DNA from: a virus
Lineage: Duplodnaviria > Caudoviricetes
DNA length: 55,553 nt
Reading direction: 5' to 3' (one strand)
Virus record (IMG/VR): IMGVR_UViG_3300009184_000006
Span: 1 to 55,553 of that record
Below the pieces are notes generated by a model that worked only from the letters and a program-made list of their open reading frames with translations, ran no database searches and was not told where the DNA came from. Both the position numbers and the translations under genes were made by a program. How positions within the stretch are numbered: position 1 is the stretch's first letter; the number at the start of each line of letters is the position of its first letter. Below are positions 17,132 to 24,559 of this stretch, piece after piece.

Positions 17132-17391
17132 ACGCGCTCCACGGTGCCGACCAGTTGGCCATCAGCGATTTCGAACAGCACGTGCTTTGCGATGTTCAGA
17201 GTCTTGCGTGCACGCTCGGTGTCGCCCATGGCCAGCAGCTCTTGCGCGTCGGACATCAACCCGGCCACCACCATGTGGCCACCGGAGCATTTGTAAGTGA
17301 TCGAGTCGGTCAGATCGCGAATGTACTGGTCGATGTCTTCGACGCCGTACATGCTCATGTTGCAAACGATTTGTGTTCTGGTCAGTGCCAT
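17128..17391 (-). CDS. Small hypothetical early protein
   Basis: 87 aa behind a promoter cassette. Confidence 0.7.
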   Translation of the reverse strand: MALTRTQIVCNMSMYGVEDIDQYIRDLTDSITYKCSGGHMVVAGLMSDAQELLAMGDTERARKTLNIAKHVLFEIADGQLVGTVERV

Positions 17392-17397
17392 GGTGCT

Positions 17398-17455
17398 TGT
17401 CCTCTATCGGTTGGTTGAAAAGCCCAATTATAACACGCGTGGGACAATCTGTCAA
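17398..17455 (-). promoter_or_regulatory. Early promoter cassette
   Basis: TTGACA-17-TATAAT + conserved leader. Confidence 0.9.
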
Positions 17456-18207
17456 GTACCCCCCTCCAAGAACCGATCGATCTCCTGCGACAGCGAGTGC
17501 ATGCCGCTGTTGACGAGCTTGACCACCGGGACCACCGCACGCACCCGGTCCTGCGCTGCATGGCTTATGAACTTGGTCATGAGAAAAGCCGCGTCGACTT
17601 TCGGTATAGCCCTAGATTTCGCCTCGTCCGCTGTGTAAAACAGCAGGACCACATTCTGCTTTCGGTACTGGGTCGCGACCATGCTGGCTTGGCTATCCAG
17701 CAACCCCACGACCAGAATGTAGGGACGCGGCTTTTTGCACGAATCGGGCAACCAGCCACCATCGATCGACGCACGCCGGAACTCGGCATTTCGCTTGGCG
17801 TATTCCGCGTCGAACTGGTCGTCCACATCTTTGTACACTTGTGCACGCAGCCGAGCCTCGACTTTGTCGAGCACTTGCTCCACGAGCCGATCCACGAGAG
17901 CGGCGAAAAGTACGCCTATATCGGTATCGTTTCGCAATTGCGGGGGTGGCGCGGGTTCGGTAGCCACAGGTGCCGGTTTGGGCAGATTCTTCACCCGGGC
18001 TTTAGCAATGGTTCTCGCCTCCGCGATTCGCGCTTTGTAGGTGTGCACGCGTTGGTCGGTGATTTTCACACGACGATCTTTCACCAGCACATTCTGCGCG
18101 TGGTGCATCGCGGTGCGGTTGGTGGTGAGCGGCTGCTCGATAAACACATCGATCATCGATGCAAACACGGCAGTCTTTTCTTCGTTCGTCCAAACGGTTC
18201 GGGTCAT
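17452..18207 (-). CDS. Hypothetical protein, possibly DNA-binding
   Basis: 251 aa; ATAGAGGAC RBS; N-terminal WTNEEK; C-terminal alpha/beta domain with TKFISH. Confidence 0.65.
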   Translation of the reverse strand: MTRTVWTNEEKTAVFASMIDVFIEQPLTTNRTAMHHAQNVLVKDRRVKITDQRVHTYKARIAEARTIAKARVKNLPKPAPVATEPAPPPQLRNDTDIGVLFAALVDRLVEQVLDKVEARLRAQVYKDVDDQFDAEYAKRNAEFRRASIDGGWLPDSCKKPRPYILVVGLLDSQASMVATQYRKQNVVLLFYTADEAKSRAIPKVDAAFLMTKFISHAAQDRVRAVVPVVKLVNSGMHSLSQEIDRFLEGGT

Positions 18208-18226
18208 GGCTTTTGTCCTCTATGCT

Positions 18227-18257
18227 AAAAAAAGGGGAGACCATCGCTGGCCCCCCC
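18227..18257 (-). terminator. Intrinsic terminator
   Basis: GGGGGCCA...TGGTCTCCCC + T7. Confidence 0.65.
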
Positions 18258-18297
18258 GAACTCTTGGCAACTGCAGCATTTCGCCGCAGCCCCCCTA

Positions 18298-19275
18298 TTA
18301 TACCAGCGACAATGCGGTGTCCAGTGCGTCGCGTTTGAGGCGTGCACCGGCACCAAACCAAGCGGACTGCAAGCGGGTGTCCCGCGAGGTTGCACCACGC
18401 TCGTGGTCGGCGAACCGGGTGACTGCGTTGAGCAAGCCCCATGCGGTGCCGGTCGCGGTCTTGGTGCGTTGGCCCACACCGTCGAGGTAGATCTTGGTCA
18501 CCAGCTCGATCATCGGGCGCTTAGCCTTGGGGTCGATCTCCTCCTCTTCGCCGTAGAACACGTCGAGGAAGTACTTCGCGGCTTCCTCTTTCGACACCTT
18601 GCGCTTGCTCAGCGTCGTGGCGTTCGACTTGAACTGGTCCCAGGCTCCCCCGACTAGACCCAGCTCGGTCTTGAATCGCACCGGGTTGAACTGCGTGCTG
18701 TGCGGTACCCGGATCTGGCCCGATTTGTTGCCCACGGCAACGGACAGCGTGTTGTTGCACACGACGCGGGTGGTCGTGAACTGTGCGCTGTTGGACAATG
18801 TGCCATCGCACGAGGTAGCGAGCAGCAGATAAGGCAGGACCACGTCGCCGCCACCCACGTCGAACGAGTCATCAGCCTTGGCCAACGCCCAGTAAGTCGC
18901 GCCATTGCGCAGCATCCCAGCGGTCTCCATCTTGAAGCCGCCCACCTCGCACAAGTCGCGAAAGAACTCCATCACGTCGCGGGGTTGAGTGATGTGGTAG
19001 TTGCTCGACATCACCGAAAGGGGAGCACCTGTATCGCTCCGGTACAACGCCCAGCGCTTGGGTACGGTCTGCATGCGCACCGGTGCGTCGTTCTCGTCGC
19101 GCACCTCGTAGGCGATCGCGCCCTTTTTCACGGTCCAGTCGAACCCGGCTTCGCGGGTCCAAGTATCGAGATTCGCATCGGGGGTCAGCACCTGACCTAA
19201 ACCGTGCCACGGGGTCTCGCCGACGTAGGCCATGGATGCTTTACCGGCAGCGTTTGTGTGTAGTTCGTGAGCCAT
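18298..19275 (-). CDS. DUF932-family (phage/plasmid TIGR03299-like) protein
   Basis: MAYVGETPWHGLG, ETAG.LR.G, TSCDGT, RVVCNNT, GTAWGLLNAVT. Confidence 0.85.
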   Translation of the reverse strand: MAHELHTNAAGKASMAYVGETPWHGLGQVLTPDANLDTWTREAGFDWTVKKGAIAYEVRDENDAPVRMQTVPKRWALYRSDTGAPLSVMSSNYHITQPRDVMEFFRDLCEVGGFKMETAGMLRNGATYWALAKADDSFDVGGGDVVLPYLLLATSCDGTLSNSAQFTTTRVVCNNTLSVAVGNKSGQIRVPHSTQFNPVRFKTELGLVGGAWDQFKSNATTLSKRKVSKEEAAKYFLDVFYGEEEEIDPKAKRPMIELVTKIYLDGVGQRTKTATGTAWGLLNAVTRFADHERGATSRDTRLQSAWFGAGARLKRDALDTALSLV

Positions 19276-19282
19276 TGTGTAG

Positions 19283-19340
19283 TCCTCTATTCGTTGGTTG
19301 ATGAAGATGCTATTATAACACGCGTGGGACAATCTGTCAA
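19283..19340 (-). promoter_or_regulatory. Early promoter cassette
   Basis: TTGACA-17-TATAAT; spacer identical to that of the 17398-17455 promoter. Confidence 0.9.
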
Positions 19341-19351
19341 GTATTGTCCGA

Positions 19352-19546
19352 TCAATCCAGCGTTTCCCAAGTCTCGCCTTGGTGTCCGCATTCGTAGCAG
19401 AACCAGCCCATCTTGGCCCACGAAAGGTCCAAGCGGGGGTCCGACTTTTGAGCCAGTATCCGCACCTGCATGTCGCTTCGACACACGGGGCACGTTTGCT
19501 CGGTCTCTTCGGATTCCTCGGGTTCGTCTATGTCGTCTTCTGTCAT
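19352..19546 (-). CDS. Small Zn-ribbon protein
   Basis: CPVC...CYEC. Confidence 0.6.
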   Translation of the reverse strand: MTEDDIDEPEESEETEQTCPVCRSDMQVRILAQKSDPRLDLSWAKMGWFCYECGHQGETWETLD

Positions 19547-19555
19547 GGTCTGCCC

Positions 19556-19756
19556 TTAGTCTGTTTCGCCAGTCGATTCATCCAGCACGTCGTAGGGCGG
19601 GAGGAAGGCCACATCGGCCAACTGGCGTATGTTGCGAAATCGAGCCTCTTGCTCGGTAAGCAGCTTTCGAAAGTGGTCGTTCTCTTTGACCAGCCTTCGA
19701 ATGTCTTCGAGTGCGTCGCCCAGTGCAAGGTCGAGGATTCGTTCTTCATCGGTCAT
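19556..19756 (-). CDS. Small coiled-coil protein
   Basis: GGAGA RBS; ATGA coupling. Confidence 0.55.
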   Translation of the reverse strand: MTDEERILDLALGDALEDIRRLVKENDHFRKLLTEQEARFRNIRQLADVAFLPPYDVLDESTGETD

Positions 19757-19857
19757 CCCGGTCTCCAAAGTAAAAAGTCGAGCGCCAGCACGATGAGTGC
19801 GGCGAGGATTACTACGCGTTCAACGGTTTGCAGCAGTGTGTGGTTGAAAGGGCGCAT
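19753..19857 (-). CDS. 34-aa single-TM membrane protein (not in ORF track)
   Basis: MRPFNHTLLQTVERVVILAALIVLALDFLLWRPG; coupled on both sides. Confidence 0.6.
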   Translation of the reverse strand: MRPFNHTLLQTVERVVILAALIVLALDFLLWRPG

Positions 19858-20156
19858 TACAGGATCTCCATTTGGCGAATGTTCATCTTTTCGACGCTGT
19901 TCATGTGCTCTTTGCACCACTCTTCGCCCAGTGTGGCACGGGCTGCTGCGGAGTCCAAGCGCTGCTCGTTCGTGAACTTCACTTCGAGCTGGTAGGCCTT
20001 GCCTTTGTACACCATGTCCTGCCCTGCGCAGTCCTCGCGCAGCGCTTCTTTCAGTAACTTCTCGCGTGCGGTCAGTGCACGCAACTGGTCACGCACTTGG
20101 GCCAATTCGTCGATCATCGCGGTGGTGATCGTGGCGCGGGTTTTGGTCTTGCTCAT
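19857..20156 (-). CDS. Hypothetical early protein
   Basis: 99 aa behind a promoter cassette. Confidence 0.7.
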   Translation of the reverse strand: MSKTKTRATITTAMIDELAQVRDQLRALTAREKLLKEALREDCAGQDMVYKGKAYQLEVKFTNEQRLDSAAARATLGEEWCKEHMNSVEKMNIRQMEIL

Positions 20157-20158
20157 AT

Positions 20159-20218
20159 TGTCCTCTATCGGTTGGTTGTGGAAGGCCTTATTATACCACG
20201 GGTGGAATCATGTGTCAA
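20159..20218 (-). promoter_or_regulatory. Early promoter cassette
   Basis: TTGACA-17-TATAAT + conserved leader. Confidence 0.9.
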
Positions 20219-20483
20219 GTATCCTCTCGGCACTGATCTGGGCATACCCGGCTATATCGACCCACGAATCCCGGTTCTCCGGGTTGCCGTTTAGAATCCG
20301 CGACACTTTGTGCATGATCATGTCGAGCGATTCCTTCTGGTGCGATTTCAGCCGCTTCCATCCGTCTTGCTCGCGCATGTACTCTTTCAGATCTTGTGCG
20401 ATGATCCCTTGATGTGTGAAATCGCCGTACTCGGCCCCCCGCTCATCAGTGATCGCTTGTAGGTTAACTTTCAAGTGCTGCAA
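20208..20483 (-). CDS. DUF6378-like protein
   Basis: ERG..YGDF...LDMIMHKVSRILNG.P...DSWVDIAGYA. Confidence 0.75.
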   Translation of the reverse strand: MQHLKVNLQAITDERGAEYGDFTHQGIIAQDLKEYMREQDGWKRLKSHQKESLDMIMHKVSRILNGNPENRDSWVDIAGYAQISAERILDT

Positions 20484-21618
20484 CTAGTCCCCCTTTTCTA
20501 TACCGTCCTTTGATCGCATCGCTGGCCCCGGGCAATTCGAGCAGCTTGCGAGCTACGTCCTCCGGGTCTATACCGCGCTCCATACCGCTTATAAACGCCT
20601 CGGTGGAACCCGCACGCCCAAGAAGACCCGGGCCAAATGCCCTTGCCGGTCCCATGGTGCTGTAGGGCTGCGTCCCCTCTTGCCGTGCTCGCGTGGCGTA
20701 CCACTTGAGTGCGTCTAAATCCATCGGGTTGGCAAGATCGAAAATGCTCTCGTTCGCCAGCCCCTCGGGTCCATGCGCCCGGGCCAGCTGGGCCTCTCGT
20801 AGCGCCAGCAGTCCGGTCTGGGCTTGTGGCGAAAAGCGCAGCGTGTCGCGAGCCGAGGTGTTGATCGCGGTGTCGTACCGATTGCCCGGGCCAAGCAGCG
20901 ATTTCAACGCCTCTTCTTCTGCGTCGCCTCGTTTACCGCCATACATGGGCATGAACGGAAAAGGGTCGCCGCCGCCACCTTGGAACAGGGGTAAAAGGCC
21001 GTAGTCGCCGTGGGCGAGACCGGAGGACATCACGTTGCCGGGTCTGCGCAGCTGGTTGATGTTGGTCAAAATGTCGACGGAGTTTAGGTGGTTCCCAGCT
21101 CGCAATGCGTCGAACATCATAGCATAGGCCGATTTGCCTATACCCTCCGGCATCCCGACGGTCGTCAATCCATAGGGCGAGGGCTTACCACCAAACCACC
21201 CACTTTTTTGGTTCGCGTGCATCAACGTTTCCATCGGGTTACCGGCCAAGTCCGATGTGCTCCTCGCGGTGAAACCTAAATATTCCCCCGGTTCGTATGC
21301 ACCTGTGGGGTCTTCGAACACGATTTTTCCGCTCTCGGGCAAGTGCCCTTTGTCCATCGCCCTCTTGGCAGTGGTGGGGTGGCCCTCGGGAATCACCCGG
21401 GGCTTGAGTCTTTCGCCTTTAGGGTTTACAAGGTAGCCTTTGTCAAAGAATCGTTCTAGCACCTCCAATTCCAGCTCATTGGGTCTGAGTACACGCTCAG
21501 CGTTAGGAATCCGAGCCGCTTTAGGAGCCATTTGCATTACCTTATGGCCTCGTCCTATACCCTCGGCTAGATCATGAAACGAGTACCCGGCGGGGATTTT
21601 TTTAGGTGCTGGTGGCAT
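20464..21618 (-). CDS. Orphan 384-aa protein ending in YRKGGLV motif
   Basis: Long ORF overlapping both neighbours; no family recognised. Confidence 0.7.
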   Translation of the reverse strand: MPPAPKKIPAGYSFHDLAEGIGRGHKVMQMAPKAARIPNAERVLRPNELELEVLERFFDKGYLVNPKGERLKPRVIPEGHPTTAKRAMDKGHLPESGKIVFEDPTGAYEPGEYLGFTARSTSDLAGNPMETLMHANQKSGWFGGKPSPYGLTTVGMPEGIGKSAYAMMFDALRAGNHLNSVDILTNINQLRRPGNVMSSGLAHGDYGLLPLFQGGGGDPFPFMPMYGGKRGDAEEEALKSLLGPGNRYDTAINTSARDTLRFSPQAQTGLLALREAQLARAHGPEGLANESIFDLANPMDLDALKWYATRARQEGTQPYSTMGPARAFGPGLLGRAGSTEAFISGMERGIDPEDVARKLLELPGASDAIKGRYRKGGLVAALES

Positions 21619-22438
21619 AATAAACCTTGTCGGACATTTGGAGGGTGTTGAGGTGGATGTCTATCGTCTTTTGCATCGGGTCCGCGTAGCCGCCAGCAAG
21701 ATTCCACACTAGAGGGATCCCCGCTGCTTTTGCCGCTTCGAACATACCGCTGTCCCTCCGCATAAGACCCTTGACGGATAGATAACCGACGCCGTACGGG
21801 TCTTGGTCCCATGCGTCAGCACCAGCCTGATACATTATTATACCCGGCTTGTGGTCCTTGAGCAAGTCCTCGAAGTACGATTTCCACTTCGCAGTGCTAG
21901 CCCCGGCGAAGCGAAGCTTCCCGAAGTTATCGCGGGTGATGTGGGGCACCTGATCGCGCAGCCCCAAAAGCTCGATAATGTTGTCGGTTCCGTCCCCGTA
22001 GTGACCATCGCCGTCGACGATCATCACGCGCTGGATGTCGTACCGCTCCAGTAGGTGCACAGCGGCGACCATCAGCCCGTTGAACGTGCAGTACCCGTAG
22101 CAGTGGTCCCAGTGTGCGTGGTGAAAGCCCTGCGATGCGGAGCACGCCACACCGCCATTCTCCACGACATGGACTGCGGCGGCGAGGAAAGAGCCATTCG
22201 ACGCGAGCAGCGACCGGTTGATCTCGGGGTTGCGATTGCCGAACCCATTCTCGGTGACGCCGTCCATCACGGAGCGCACGAACTTCGGATCGTGAGCCAC
22301 TGCAATCTGGTCCACGGTCAGCGGCGTGGGAATGTGGTACTTGCGGTCCGACTGGCGCACGAATTCGGGGATCTTCTTGGTCGAGATCCAGTCGAATACG
22401 ACGTCTTGGTCCGGATGGTAGAACAGTGGTGTTGCCAT
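21602..22438 (-). CDS. Zn-dependent histone deacetylase/acetylpolyamine amidohydrolase-family enzyme
   Basis: GFHHAH, GYCTFN, VDGDGHYGDGT, YQAGAD....DP and AGGY all present. Confidence 0.9.
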   Translation of the reverse strand: MATPLFYHPDQDVVFDWISTKKIPEFVRQSDRKYHIPTPLTVDQIAVAHDPKFVRSVMDGVTENGFGNRNPEINRSLLASNGSFLAAAVHVVENGGVACSASQGFHHAHWDHCYGYCTFNGLMVAAVHLLERYDIQRVMIVDGDGHYGDGTDNIIELLGLRDQVPHITRDNFGKLRFAGASTAKWKSYFEDLLKDHKPGIIMYQAGADAWDQDPYGVGYLSVKGLMRRDSGMFEAAKAAGIPLVWNLAGGYADPMQKTIDIHLNTLQMSDKVYYATST

Positions 22439-22444
22439 GGTGTG

Positions 22445-22501
22445 TGCCCTCTATATGTTGATGAATCCCCGATTATACCACACGTCCTATACCTCTGTCA
22501 A
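22445..22501 (-). promoter_or_regulatory. Sigma70 promoter for the deacetylase operon
   Basis: TTGACA-18-TATAAT; ATAGAGGG RBS. Confidence 0.8.
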
Positions 22502-22692
22502 TCCTCGCTATCCCGCACCCGACGCTCCCGCTCGTCCAGCTCCGGGCGTTCCCCGGTCTCGGGCTTCTCCCGGGTAGTGAACCGAAATCCGCATTTCTCG
22601 ACCAAGCACTCGCGTCGACGCTTTGTAGTCAGGTCCACGTTTTGGTAGGTAGTCGTCACCCGTGTGTCGCTACCGCATTGCAAGCATTTCAT
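22498..22692 (-). CDS. Stand-alone NrdR-like N-terminal Zn-ribbon protein (no ATP-cone)
   Basis: MKCLQCGSDTRV...KRRRECLVEKCGFRFTTRE; GGAGG RBS; ATGA overlap with the datZ stop. Confidence 0.75.
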   Translation of the reverse strand: MKCLQCGSDTRVTTTYQNVDLTTKRRRECLVEKCGFRFTTREKPETGERPELDERERRVRDSED

Positions 22693-23252
22693 AACCATCC
22701 TCCATGTATTCCTATATCTTGGCATACTCGACGTACGCCCTCGCGCACCCCAAGCTTGGGGTACTCCCGTTCCATGCTGGTGACCATACCAGCAAGGATT
22801 TGCCGCAGCTCGTCGAGCACCTGCTTGGCATGTGCCCCTATACCGTTGTCCTGCAAGAAGTAGATCGCCTCGATCTGGTCCGCCAGCTTCACCAGCATTT
22901 CGATCTCGCTCCCTTTCACCTGCCGGTACGCCCCCATGTGCTCCCGGTCCACCAGATCTTCGGCCTTCTCCAGCACGCCAGCACCCCCGGCCTCTTCGAG
23001 GAAGCGCTTGAACGGTGTCGGCACGTCCCCGGTGCGCACTTCGATCAGGTCGTGGGAAAGGGACCATTGCAGCAGCTTTAGCTGTAGTGTGTGGTGCAGC
23101 AGTCCCGTCCAGCGCATCGCAGTGGCGAGCGATCCGGCGATCACCGCAACCGCGAATGAATGCTCCGCTAGCGTCTGCTCCCGGGCCACCTGCACTATAT
23201 GCCACCGGCGTACATGGCACGCCCTCAATTGTTCAGCCGTCGTTAAACTCAT
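22689..23252 (-). CDS. datZ: HD-domain dATP triphosphohydrolase DatZ
   Basis: VRRWHIV...QTLAEHSF...HDLIE.RTGD...VKLAD; lies in the purZ cluster. Confidence 0.85.
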   Translation of the reverse strand: MSLTTAEQLRACHVRRWHIVQVAREQTLAEHSFAVAVIAGSLATAMRWTGLLHHTLQLKLLQWSLSHDLIEVRTGDVPTPFKRFLEEAGGAGVLEKAEDLVDREHMGAYRQVKGSEIEMLVKLADQIEAIYFLQDNGIGAHAKQVLDELRQILAGMVTSMEREYPKLGVREGVRRVCQDIGIHGGWL

Positions 23253-23419
23253 GTGTTTTTCTCCTTAAGTGATTGCATTGCCGCTTTCAAATGTTCATCT
23301 TGTTGTTTCTTCGCCTCTATCATGTCGGCAAGCAATTGATCTATTTCTGCGATTGAATACATACCCGCAGGCACATAAACCCGCATCGTGTTATATGTTT
23401 TGTGTGTGTATTCCGTCAT
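23249..23419 (-). CDS. 56-aa hypothetical protein (not in ORF track)
   Basis: MTEYTHKTY...KEKNT*; ATGA coupling on both sides. Confidence 0.6.
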   Translation of the reverse strand: MTEYTHKTYNTMRVYVPAGMYSIAEIDQLLADMIEAKKQQDEHLKAAMQSLKEKNT

Positions 23420-23607
23420 TGAATTCTCCCACGCAAAGCTTCGACCATTGACCTTTGTATATCCATTAATTCATCCCGTTGACGGTAAACCTGCTCGTAC
23501 ATGGCATGCAAGGTCGCTATGTCTCCGCGCAAATTCGCAACAGTAAACAAAAGCGAATCCCTCGCGGATTTAAGCTGCGCGAATTCGATTTCTTCTTCTT
23601 GTGTCAT
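23416..23607 (-). CDS. Small coiled-coil protein
   Basis: MTQEEEIEF...; starts within the 19-bp repeat. Confidence 0.6.
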   Translation of the reverse strand: MTQEEEIEFAQLKSARDSLLFTVANLRGDIATLHAMYEQVYRQRDELMDIQRSMVEALRGRIQ

Positions 23608-23622
23608 CGCTCTTTCATCCTT
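23604..23622. repeat. 19-bp direct repeat, copy 1 (copy 2 at 23872-23890)
   Basis: TCATCGCTCTTTCATCCTT is identical at both sites. Confidence 0.85.
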
Positions 23623-23843
23623 GCTCTGATGGCATCGCCCCATGTGCCGCCATCTTCTTTAAGTATGTGGTCTACCATCTTTGCGTTCGCCTCACGCTCT
23701 GTTGATCGCTCCTCGGCCAGTAACTTTTTTATTCTGTCACCATACATTGACACCACAATGCTTGGAAGGCCGATCTCTCTGGCACGGTCGTACAGCTTAA
23801 TGTCATCCGGCGTTAGAGTGACAGTTATTTCAGGGTGAATCAT
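23604..23843 (-). CDS. Small hypothetical protein
   Basis: 79 aa ending RMKER. Confidence 0.55.
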   Translation of the reverse strand: MIHPEITVTLTPDDIKLYDRAREIGLPSIVVSMYGDRIKKLLAEERSTEREANAKMVDHILKEDGGTWGDAIRARMKER

Positions 23844-23871
23844 GCTTGTCCCCTTGCTCCGACGGCTTTGC

Positions 23872-24072
23872 TCATCGCTCTTTCATCCTTCGCAACTTAT
23901 CGGCGATCTGCTCGCCGTCCAATGCGTCGAACTCTTCGATTTCTAGCTTCTTAGCGGCCCGTTCCAGCACGCCGTTCCAGATCTTCTTCACAGCTTGCCG
24001 GTTGTCCTCGTCTTGCGAACCAAGCACGTTGCCGAAGGTCTGCTCGTACCATTCATCGAATGCTTTAGACAT
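23872..24072 (-). CDS. Small hypothetical protein
   Basis: 66 aa (AFDEWY...) ending RMKER. Confidence 0.6.
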   Translation of the reverse strand: MSKAFDEWYEQTFGNVLGSQDEDNRQAVKKIWNGVLERAAKKLEIEEFDALDGEQIADKLRRMKER

Positions 24073-24559
24073 GGCGCATGATCCCAGTGTTTTCGTCCAC
24101 CCGCCACTGACGCGATTCGTTGATATCCATCTTCATCTCGATGGCCCGGTGTACATCTATACCGTTCTTGTACGCCACGTCAAGCAGCAGGATCATGATG
24201 TCGCCCATTTCTAGCGCCGATTGTGGGTCACGACAGTACTCACCAATTTCCTCGTAGAGCTTGAGTAGAATATCCTTCGTCGTGCGCTCAGGAAAGTTAG
24301 CGTCAGCCCATTGCGTGATCCGATCTTGTAACTGACGTATATCGGCCCCGCCCCGCTTCTTGTAAGCGTTGATTGAACGAACTGCGAGATCTGCGTTTTT
24401 GTCGCAGTTGCCGAGCACGCCCCGTAGATGGTGACGGACCTCGAAAGACGCGACGGCAGCGCCTTTCGCATCGACGACGATGGCGGGGTTTTGTGGGTCG
24501 ATCCCCCACGGGAGTTCATTGGTTTCATCCGTGTGTATCTCTGATTCAACTTGCAGCAT
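24065..24559 (-). CDS. mazZ: MazG-like (d)GTP pyrophosphohydrolase MazZ (DUF550) with an N-terminal extension
   Basis: QWADANFP...EEIGE...EMGD...KMDIN..RQW; directly downstream of purZ. Confidence 0.85.
   Translation of the reverse strand: MLQVESEIHTDETNELPWGIDPQNPAIVVDAKGAAVASFEVRHHLRGVLGNCDKNADLAVRSINAYKKRGGADIRQLQDRITQWADANFPERTTKDILLKLYEEIGEYCRDPQSALEMGDIMILLLDVAYKNGIDVHRAIEMKMDINESRQWRVDENTGIMRHV

Noticed and set aside
15421-20218. Repeated ~60-bp units as a CRISPR array or integron attC sites
   Set aside because: Spacing is irregular (0.3-1.9 kb), the units are promoter+RBS sequences, and no cas or integrase gene is seen
22498-23220. 240-aa track ORF as a full-length protein
   Set aside because: The first ~175 codons overlap datZ out of frame; only the last 64 codons have an RBS and a recognisable motif
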